Shown: positions 56,962 to 64,000 of the stretch, piece by piece | Position numbering within the stretch: position 1 is the first letter of the stretch | Layout of the letters: each line of letters begins with the position of its first letter | Assembly (NCBI GenBank): GCA_944383275.1 | Contig: CALWOV010000001.1 | Coordinates: 64,245 to 128,244, forward strand | Origin: an uncultured Clostridia bacterium | GTDB taxonomy: Bacteria > Bacillota > Clostridia > Christensenellales > UBA1242 | Length of the DNA: 64,000 bases | Direction of reading: 5' to 3' | Notes under the pieces: generated by a model | Told to the model about the DNA's origin: nothing | The model's input: the letters and a program-made list of their open reading frames with translations, nothing else | Databases searched by the model: none | Position numbers and translations under genes: made by a program

Positions 56962-59217
56962 ATGGTAACAGAAAAAATTTTGTTTGACCTTGATAATGAT
57001 TTTGGTGATTGGTTTAATGGCAAATTTGAAATACCAAAGATGACTAATAAACTTTATCCATATAAAGAACTTTTTTCACCTATTAAGGTTAATAAACTTA
57101 CTATAAAAAATCGTATTGTTATGGGACCTATGGGCAACATAAATATGGCAGAAGAAACTGGTCGCCCAAATCAGAAAATGATTTCATATTTTGAAGAACG
57201 CGCCCGTGGTGGTGCTGGTCTTTTAACAACAGGTCTTATTCCTGTAAGTTATGGTATTGACCCAACTGTAAAAGAACTTGGGGACCTTTCGTATTTCCCT
57301 AGAATTGACAGAACACGAACTGTTTATTCAGGTTGGAGAGATTTAGCATCTGGCGTGCACGCACACGGTGCTTCAATTTTTATTCAACTTACAGCAGGAC
57401 TTGGTCGTGTTGGTAACCCACAATGTTTGCTGACACAACTTAAACTTCCTGTTTCGGCTTCGTGGAACCCTAATTTTTACATACCACAAATTCCTTGTAA
57501 AAAATTAAGTGGACACAAAATTAAAAAAATGATTAAAAACTTTGGTCAGGCTGCTGCAGATGCAAAAGCTTCCAACCTTGATGGTGTTTATTTACACGGA
57601 CACGAAGGTTATTTAATGGAACAACTTTCTAACACTGCATTTAACAGACGAACAATGGGAAGATATGCAGACTGGCAAGCATTTGGATTGGATATTGTTA
57701 GAGAAATTAGAAACCGTGTTGGCCCACACTATCCTATTATGTATAGAATAGATTTATCATTAGCATTAAATGCAACATATCAAAATAAAATCAACTCGGT
57801 TAAATCTTTGAAAAAGTTTAAGTATGAGAGAACTATTGAACAATCTTTAACTTATATGAAAAACCTTGTTGAAGCAGGTGTTGATATGTTTGATGTTGAC
57901 CTTGGCTGTTATGATAACTGGTGGTTACCTCACCCACCTGCAAGTATGCCAAGTGGTTGTTTCCTTGATATAGCAAAAATTGTTAAAGATTATTTTGCAG
58001 AAAATGAAGTTTTATCTAATGCTGGGCTTCCTGTGCCTGTTGTGGCTGTTGGTAAACTTGGATACCCTGACCTTGCTGAACAAGCGCTTAGAGATAAAAA
58101 ATGTGATATGATTATGCTTGCAAGACCTTTACTTGCAGACCCTGAATGGCCAAACAAAGCATATAGTGGAAAAGTAAGCACTATTATGCCTTGCATTGGT
58201 TGCCACGAAGCATGTATTCGAGAGTTTGTTGAAGGTGGGCACCCTCAATGTGCTGTAAACCCAAGAACTGCTTTTGAAGATGTTTTTTCAAGAGAAATTG
58301 AAAAATCTCCTAACCCTAAAAAAATTGCAGTTGTTGGCGCTGGCCCTGCTGGAATTACTGCTGCACGAGTTTTGGTTGAAAGAGGACATAATGTTACCCT
58401 TTATGAAAAAGACAAAATTGGGGGCGCATTAATCCCTGCATCTGTTCCTAAATTTAAATATGAAATTGCAAACTTTGTTGAATTTTTAAAAGGTCAAGTT
58501 GAAGAATTAAAGAAAAGCAAAAACTTTAAACTTGAACTTGGAAAAACAGCAACCACAACAGACCTTAAAGCACAAAAATTTGACGCAATTTTAGTTGCTG
58601 CTGGAAGTGAAAATGCAAAACTTAATATTAAGGGAATTGACAACAAAAATGTTATTACTGTTAATGAAGCATTTTTAAACCCAAAAGTTTTTGAAAAAGC
58701 ACACAATGTTGTTATTATTGGTGGTGGAGATTCTGGTTGTGAAGCAGCATATTGGCTTGCTTATGAACTTAATAAAAAAGTTACTATTGTTGAACTTCAA
58801 GCAAACTTAATGAGTAATGCCTGCACAGCAAACCGTGGACACATTTTGCACTATTTAGATAAAGGTGGCGTTGTTACCCACAACCTAAGTCAAGTTCAAT
58901 ATATTGACGGAAATATGGTTAAAATAGTTAAAAATGTGCACAAAAGTGTTCCTAACCCTTATAATACTTGGCAACCTATTTTGCCTGAAAATATTCATAA
59001 CCCACTTGCACCAAAAATTAAACAAACAATGGAAGAAGTTGATTTAAAAGCAGATGTTGTAATTATTGCTGCAGGTTTAAAAGCAAACGATTCGCTTTAT
59101 TATGACCTTGTTAAAAACAATGTTGCACCAGAAATTTATAATATTGGAGATTCATTTAAACCTGGAAAAGTATTTACAGCAACAAAATATGCTTATAGAA
59201 AAGCAAGAAGTATTTAA
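56962..59217 (+). CDS. Old-yellow-enzyme-family FMN / Fe-S / FAD-NAD(P) oxidoreductase (2-enoate reductase / 2,4-dienoyl-CoA reductase-like)
   Basis: N-terminal OYE TIM barrel (LTIKNRIVMGPMG, HGHEGYLMEQ). DVDLGCYDNWWLPHPP is typical of clostridial enoate reductases. Cys cluster CIGCHEAC...C. C-terminal dinucleotide folds VVGAGPAGITAA and IIGGGDSGCEAA. Start set at MVTEK behind AGGAGTG. Confidence 0.8.
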   Translation: MVTEKILFDLDNDFGDWFNGKFEIPKMTNKLYPYKELFSPIKVNKLTIKNRIVMGPMGNINMAEETGRPNQKMISYFEERARGGAGLLTTGLIPVSYGIDPTVKELGDLSYFPRIDRTRTVYSGWRDLASGVHAHGASIFIQLTAGLGRVGNPQCLLTQLKLPVSASWNPNFYIPQIPCKKLSGHKIKKMIKNFGQAAADAKASNLDGVYLHGHEGYLMEQLSNTAFNRRTMGRYADWQAFGLDIVREIRNRVGPHYPIMYRIDLSLALNATYQNKINSVKSLKKFKYERTIEQSLTYMKNLVEAGVDMFDVDLGCYDNWWLPHPPASMPSGCFLDIAKIVKDYFAENEVLSNAGLPVPVVAVGKLGYPDLAEQALRDKKCDMIMLARPLLADPEWPNKAYSGKVSTIMPCIGCHEACIREFVEGGHPQCAVNPRTAFEDVFSREIEKSPNPKKIAVVGAGPAGITAARVLVERGHNVTLYEKDKIGGALIPASVPKFKYEIANFVEFLKGQVEELKKSKNFKLELGKTATTTDLKAQKFDAILVAAGSENAKLNIKGIDNKNVITVNEAFLNPKVFEKAHNVVIIGGGDSGCEAAYWLAYELNKKVTIVELQANLMSNACTANRGHILHYLDKGGVVTHNLSQVQYIDGNMVKIVKNVHKSVPNPYNTWQPILPENIHNPLAPKIKQTMEEVDLKADVVIIAAGLKANDSLYYDLVKNNVAPEIYNIGDSFKPGKVFTATKYAYRKARSI

Positions 59218-59271
59218 TATAGTAATTCTTTAATAAAATAGTGTTAAAATATTGAAATTAAGGAGATAAAT

Positions 59272-60552
59272 ATGAAACTAACAAAAGAAGAACAAGAAAT
59301 TATTGATGGCAAACAAGGTCCTGTTATGGCAAAAATTATGAAAACTTTAGTTTGGTATGGTGATTTGTTTGGCGCAAAAAGGCTTGTTCCAATTACCCAC
59401 GAAGGACATTTAGTTACTTCTATGGGAATTGGTCTTATGAAACCTGTTTTTCGCACTATGGACGAAATTATTAATGCAAACATAGTATCTAAATGGAAAT
59501 TCACAGCAGACCCAAGACCTATTGATTATAAAAATGTAAAATGCAACTTACTTGATAAACTTATTTTTTCAAAAATTATGTATAGCGAACAAAAAAGATA
59601 TGAAAAGCAACTATTAAAAGTTGGTCTTATTGATAAAAATGCTTTCAGTTGTGTTTGCTATTCACCACAAATGGGAAATATCCCAAAATTTGGAGATATT
59701 CTTTCTTGGGCTGAAAGTTCGGCAGTTGTTTATGCAAACTCAGTGATAGGTGCAAGATGCAATAGAAACAGCAGTATGATTGACCTTTTTGGGTGTATTG
59801 TTGGCAAAGTTCCTGAATTTGGGCTTTTACTTGATGAAAATAGAAAAGCCGATTGGGTTATTGAAGTTAAAACAAAAGAATTACCAGAAGCACAGATTTT
59901 AGGAAGCGCTATTGGTTTAAAAGTTCAAGACAAAGTTCCTTATATTAAAGGGTTAGATAAGTTCTTAGGCACTGAATTAACTGAAGATGTTAAAGCATAC
60001 CTTAAAGATATGGGAGCAGCAAGTGCAAGTAATGGTGCTGTTGGTCTATTCCATGTTGAAAATTTAACACCTGAAGCGAAAAAAGCAAAAACTGCAAGCG
60101 AAATGATAAAAACAAAAGCACCTAAATTTGTTATTGATGATAAAGTTTTGGAAGAAACATATAAGAACTATCCTGTTTTATGGAAGAATAAAGAAGCAAA
60201 AGCAAAACTTTGTTTTATTGGTTGTCCTCACCTTTCACTTGAACAACTACACACATGGACAAATAATATTTGTGAAGCGTTAAACAAAAAGAATAAGAAA
60301 AAACTTTGCGTAAGAACAGTTCTTACATCTTCACCTGCTGTGCTAGAGGAATTTAAGAAAACTGATGATTATAACAAACTTATTGCAACAGGTGCTAAAC
60401 TTACAAGTATTTGTCCACTTATGTATATGAACAACCCAATAGCAAGCAAGAAGCCAGTTCTTACCTGCTCTAATAAACTTAGAACATATTCGACAGCACA
60501 ATATAAAAAAGATGCTGAAATTATTGACATAATTACAGGAAAGGGGGAATAA
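59272..60552 (+). CDS. Aconitase X catalytic (large) subunit, DUF521 family
   Basis: N-terminus MKLTKEEQEIIDGKQGPVMAKIMKTLVWYGDLFGAKRLVPITHEGH matches the characteristic DUF521/AcnX start. 426 aa, RBS AAGGAG. Confidence 0.8.
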   Translation: MKLTKEEQEIIDGKQGPVMAKIMKTLVWYGDLFGAKRLVPITHEGHLVTSMGIGLMKPVFRTMDEIINANIVSKWKFTADPRPIDYKNVKCNLLDKLIFSKIMYSEQKRYEKQLLKVGLIDKNAFSCVCYSPQMGNIPKFGDILSWAESSAVVYANSVIGARCNRNSSMIDLFGCIVGKVPEFGLLLDENRKADWVIEVKTKELPEAQILGSAIGLKVQDKVPYIKGLDKFLGTELTEDVKAYLKDMGAASASNGAVGLFHVENLTPEAKKAKTASEMIKTKAPKFVIDDKVLEETYKNYPVLWKNKEAKAKLCFIGCPHLSLEQLHTWTNNICEALNKKNKKKLCVRTVLTSSPAVLEEFKKTDDYNKLIATGAKLTSICPLMYMNNPIASKKPVLTCSNKLRTYSTAQYKKDAEIIDIITGKGE

Positions 60553-60555
60553 AAT

Positions 60556-61005
60556 ATGGCACAAAAGAAATTCAAAGGACGCGTTGTTGCTGGTGGAAAT
60601 ATAGTTGCTGAAGCACTTGTTACAAAACAAGGTATGAACACTTTGGCTACTTTTCAAAAAAGCGCACTTAAAAATGCAAAGCAAATAATAGGAAGTGACC
60701 AAAACAACCCTGACCTTTATGGGAAAAATCTTACAGGTAAAATTTTATGTTTACCTACCACTATTGGTTCTACAACAGGGGGAATGGTTATTCAAACAGT
60801 TTGTTCAATGGGAACTAACCCTAGTGCATTTTTATTCTCTCAACCTATTGACACATTGGCTGCAAGTGGTATAATATTAGCAAAGGTTTGGGAAAATAGT
60901 CCGATTATTGCTATTGATAGTTTGGGAGATGATTTCTTAAACTCGGTTAAAACAGGCGACATACTTCAAATTGATGAAGATGGAACTGTTGTTATAAACA
61001 GTTAA
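60556..61005 (+). CDS. Aconitase X swivel (small) subunit, DUF126 family
   Basis: GRVVAGGNIVAEALVTKQ...GKILCLPTTIGSTTGGMVI...NPSAFLF, the typical DUF126 pattern. It starts 4 nt after the large subunit. Confidence 0.8.
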   Translation: MAQKKFKGRVVAGGNIVAEALVTKQGMNTLATFQKSALKNAKQIIGSDQNNPDLYGKNLTGKILCLPTTIGSTTGGMVIQTVCSMGTNPSAFLFSQPIDTLAASGIILAKVWENSPIIAIDSLGDDFLNSVKTGDILQIDEDGTVVINS

Positions 61006-61024
61006 TATAAAAGGAGAAAAAATT

Positions 61025-61411
61025 ATGTCTGCTAAAACAGGATATGGTCCAGATGTTAATGTTTTATGGCACGACCGTAAAAGATGGTGTGGGCTTCCCC
61101 TTTCGTTTACTAGATATAGAATTATAGAAAAACCTACAAAATGGTTAAAATTGATTGTTGACCGTGGTTTTCTTTCAAGAACAGTAGAAGAAATTAATAT
61201 GTTCCGTATTGAAGATGTTAGTGTTGTAGAAACCTTTACTAACAGAATGTGGGGAACAGGAACTGTAACTGTTTTATCTAAAGACGCTTCTGCACCAGAG
61301 GTTAGATTGGTTAGAATTTTAAAACCAAAACAAATTAGAAATATGATTACAGAACTTGTTGAACAAGACAGAAAATCTAGAAATGTTAGTGTTGGGGAAA
61401 TGCATTTATAA
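61025..61411 (+). CDS. Small bacterial PH-domain (bPH_2/YdbT-like) protein without TM segments
   Basis: FTRYRIIEKPTKWLKLIVDRGFLSRTVEEINMFRIEDVSVVETFTNRMWGTGTVTVL fits the bPH_2 pattern. RBS AAGGAG. Last gene of the operon. Confidence 0.55.
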   Translation: MSAKTGYGPDVNVLWHDRKRWCGLPLSFTRYRIIEKPTKWLKLIVDRGFLSRTVEEINMFRIEDVSVVETFTNRMWGTGTVTVLSKDASAPEVRLVRILKPKQIRNMITELVEQDRKSRNVSVGEMHL

Positions 61412-61452
61412 TTTATTTTACAAGTTATAAATTAAAATCTATAATAAAAAGT

Positions 61453-61480
61453 AAAACTGCAAGATTACTTGCAGTTTTTT
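61453..61480 (+). terminator. Rho-independent terminator of the enoate reductase / AcnX operon
   Basis: AAAACTGCAAG-ATTA-CTTGCAGTTTTTT. Confidence 0.75.
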
Positions 61481-61526
61481 AATAATATTTTAAATTAAAA
61501 TTTATTTTAAATTTAATTAAACAAAA

Positions 61527-61552
61527 AAATCACGAAAATTTTGTGATTTTTT
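61527..61552. terminator. Second, bidirectional hairpin (possible greA terminator)
   Basis: AAAAAAATCAC-GAAAATTTT-GTGATTTTTTAT. Confidence 0.45.
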
Positions 61553-61717
61553 ATATATTAATATTTGTGTAATTGGAAGTTAATGTTAATTGTAAATTTT
61601 AATTTTGAATTTACATAAAAAGCACCTAATTCAAATTATATCGTTAAAATTTTAATTTTAAAGCAATTTTTAATTTTCTAAAATTTAAAAATTCGAATTT
61701 ATACAACGCAATATTTT

Positions 61718-62191
61718 TTATCTAGAAATTTCTAGAACTTTCATTTTAATATCACCAGCATTTATAGATTTATAAACAACTTCATCTCCCACTTTTGCCC
61801 CCATTAATGCTTTGCCTGCCAATGACTCATTACTTAAAAAACCGTTTGCTGGGTCGCTTTCAGAAGAACCAACTATACGATATGAAAATTCCATATTTAA
61901 AGTTTCATTGAATATTTTTACTTTACAGCCCAAAGTTACTTTGCTTGTATCAACTTTTTTGCTAATCAATTCAGCATTTCTTAATTTTTCTTCAATTTCA
62001 AAAATTTCTGATTCAACTGCGCCCTGTTCTTCTTTTGCGGAAATATATTCAAAGTTTTCACTTAAATCACCTAAACTGCGTGCTGCTTGAATTTTTTCTG
62101 AGCATTCAGGTCGCTTTACATTTTTTAAAAAATCCAATCTCTCTTGTAATTGTTTCAATCCATCTTCGGTTAAAAAAACTTTATTTTCCAT
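61718..62191 (-). CDS. greA: Transcription elongation factor GreA
   Basis: LTEDGLKQLQERLDFLKNVKRPE...ARSLGDLSENFEYISAKEEQ, the GreA coiled-coil and acidic tip. 157 aa. Confidence 0.92.
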   Translation of the reverse strand: MENKVFLTEDGLKQLQERLDFLKNVKRPECSEKIQAARSLGDLSENFEYISAKEEQGAVESEIFEIEEKLRNAELISKKVDTSKVTLGCKVKIFNETLNMEFSYRIVGSSESDPANGFLSNESLAGKALMGAKVGDEVVYKSINAGDIKMKVLEISR

Positions 62192-62399
62192 AAATTCTCC
62201 TTATTTTAAGCCTTTTGCTTATTATGATATGATAATTATTTAAAAATAAACACTGTTTAGGTAAAACCCAAGCAGTTTTTAAATTTAAAATAAAATGAAT
62301 TATGCACCTGAATTTTAAGTGATTATCACCAAAAACCCAAGTGCTTTTTCATTTATAATGCAATTATAAATAAATGTTTTTTAAAAGTCAAGTTTTTTA

Positions 62400-63593
62400 T
62401 CAATTTTTATTTAGTTTTTTATCTTTATGTTTATGTAAAATTTTATATATTACTCCTGATTTAATTTTTACCACACCAAACGGGCACAATTCTTGACAAC
62501 AATAGCATCTTATACACTTACGATAATCTATTTTTGCAAACTTTTTACCATCTTTTTTATCTTTCATTTCTATTGCTTTCATTGGGCAATGATTAAAACA
62601 TTTTGAACAACCCTTGCAGTTTCGTTTCGGTATAACAGGTCTTTGTGTCATAAGTTTATGCACCGTTGGTTGTAAAAATTGTGGGACAATATTAGTAAAA
62701 GGTTTAAAATTATTGGGCTTTGGAACTTTATAACCTTTCACCACAAAATCATCAACACTTTCCCCTAATATTTCAAAAGATAAATCTTCTTGTAAATATC
62801 CCCTTTCCACACCAACTTGAATTGTTGGCATTTCCATTGGATTAATATCCATAATCTTACAACCAACCACATCAACTGTTGCTGGGTTTTGACCTGCAAT
62901 AATTGCTCCAATCTGTTTTGGTGTTCCATGGCTTGGCCCAGCGCCTTCCATACCGATTACAGCATCAGATATATGAAGTTTGATTTTATCATTAAATAAA
63001 TCTAAAATATCATATAAAAAATGAGAAAAAACATCTAAAGTTGTAAATTTTCCGTGCATTTCCACTTTTTCAAGCCCTGGTATCGCACCAAACATATTTT
63101 TAACAGCATTTGTAAAACCAGTAAAACCGTGACTTTTTAACTTGCAAAGATTAAAAATAACATCAACTTTATCAAGAGTTGATAAAACCGTTATATGTTT
63201 CCCTACTTTGCCTTGAGGAAATTCGTGCTCACTTATATTATAATCATCATTTAATTTTGCATTAGTATTATTGGCAACATCAGTCATCATAGATGCTTTA
63301 TAAATACCACTTAAATATGCTGAATTATATGGTCCACCCGGACTATCAATTATAACGCAATTTGCCCCTACTGCTTCTACAAGTTTAACAACTGCTTCCA
63401 CAACTGCAGGATGTGTTGTTACACATTTTTCAGGATTTGCACGAGTTACTAAATTAACTTTTAATGCAACTGTTTGACCTTTTTTTACAAACTTATCAAT
63501 TCCACCCAAAAGTTCTATGGATTTTTTTACTGCTATATCAACCTGTTCTTGATTATAGTTATTGCATTTTACAAGTGAAACTGTGTTGAACAT
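62400..63593 (-). CDS. DUF362-domain protein fused to a 2x[4Fe-4S] ferredoxin domain
   Basis: DUF362-like N-region (VALKVNLV...HPAVVEAVV...KLKSHGFTGFT...GMEGAGPSHG). The C-terminus has CKGCSKCFNHCP and CIRCYCCQELCP. Confidence 0.7.
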   Translation of the reverse strand: MFNTVSLVKCNNYNQEQVDIAVKKSIELLGGIDKFVKKGQTVALKVNLVTRANPEKCVTTHPAVVEAVVKLVEAVGANCVIIDSPGGPYNSAYLSGIYKASMMTDVANNTNAKLNDDYNISEHEFPQGKVGKHITVLSTLDKVDVIFNLCKLKSHGFTGFTNAVKNMFGAIPGLEKVEMHGKFTTLDVFSHFLYDILDLFNDKIKLHISDAVIGMEGAGPSHGTPKQIGAIIAGQNPATVDVVGCKIMDINPMEMPTIQVGVERGYLQEDLSFEILGESVDDFVVKGYKVPKPNNFKPFTNIVPQFLQPTVHKLMTQRPVIPKRNCKGCSKCFNHCPMKAIEMKDKKDGKKFAKIDYRKCIRCYCCQELCPFGVVKIKSGVIYKILHKHKDKKLNKN

Positions 63594-63762
63594 TTAAAAC
63601 TCCCTTAAAACACGCTAATTTATTAAATTCATCAACTGTTTTTAATAATTATTACATTAAGTTTTACAAATAAATAAAATTTTGTCAATTAAATTATTGT
63701 TTTGTTTGATATTTTTATTATTATGATATATACTTATAAAAAATATAAAGGAAAATGTTTAA

Positions 63763-64000
63763 ATGAAAATATGGGCACAAATACATAAAGGAGAAAGAAT
63801 AACAAAAAGTTATTTATATACCGTTCCTGAAAAGTTTAATCTTTTACATTTTGAAAACTATTTAACTGATATATGTTCAGAACTTGACCTTCCAAGACCG
63901 TTAACATTAAAAAAACACACGCGACATTTCAACAATTTTAACACAACAACTTATAAACCCATAGATTTTGTTGAAAGCGTTGATTTAGATAAATTTGTGT
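63763..64000 (+). CDS. Hypothetical protein, 5' part only (runs off the window)
   Basis: An ATG at 63763 preceded by AAAGGAAAA opens a stop-free frame to the window end (MKIWAQIHKGERITKSYLYTVPEKFNLLHFENYL...). It is not in the ORF track because it is truncated. Confidence 0.35.
   Translation, partial: MKIWAQIHKGERITKSYLYTVPEKFNLLHFENYLTDICSELDLPRPLTLKKHTRHFNNFNTTTYKPIDFVESVDLDKFV

Noticed and set aside
1-64000. Prophage, transposon, integrative element or known defence island
   Set aside because: No integrase, transposase, recombinase, reverse transcriptase, Cas, restriction-modification or phage structural gene was recognised. No flanking direct repeats or tRNA attachment site are present either.

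Overview
This is a very AT-rich chromosomal segment from what looks like an endospore-forming Bacillota (Firmicutes) bacterium. It uses the standard genetic code, most genes have strong AGGAG-type ribosome binding sites (RBS), and SigH, a CwlD-like amidase and a GerA-type germinant receptor operon are present. Most of the window is housekeeping, largely on the minus strand. It holds the 5' end of a 23S rRNA gene with its own promoter, the str operon (rpsL-rpsG-fusA-tuf), rmuC, cca and a tightly packed mrnC-rlmB-sigH-dnaX-ebfC-recR block. It also holds cwlD, a short alaS, a GPH/MFS transporter, gerA/B/C-like genes, rpsF-ssb-rpsR, ppa, lepB and greA. No tRNA, CRISPR array, transposase, integrase, reverse transcriptase or recognisable defence gene was seen. 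Four items stand out: (1) a 15.8-kb gene for a ~5,250-aa lipoprotein built from Big_2-like Ig domains and six reiterated GLUG-repeat modules; (2) a tandem array of a 141-bp hairpin-rich unit (two identical copies plus a diverged partial third) between ppa and lepB; (3) an operon pairing a clostridial-type enoate reductase-like flavoenzyme with a two-subunit aconitase-X (DUF521/DUF126) dehydratase and a small PH-domain protein; (4) a 23S rRNA gene not preceded by 16S. Smaller oddities are a minimal 601-aa AlaRS, a GerC homologue with no lipobox Cys and a ~90-aa Ser/Gly insert, a 96-aa protein with 16 cysteines, a same-strand DnaA-box cluster, a ~355-nt rpsL leader and three candidate leaderless genes. 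All family assignments come from motif recognition by eye. No database search, fold prediction or statistical test was run.
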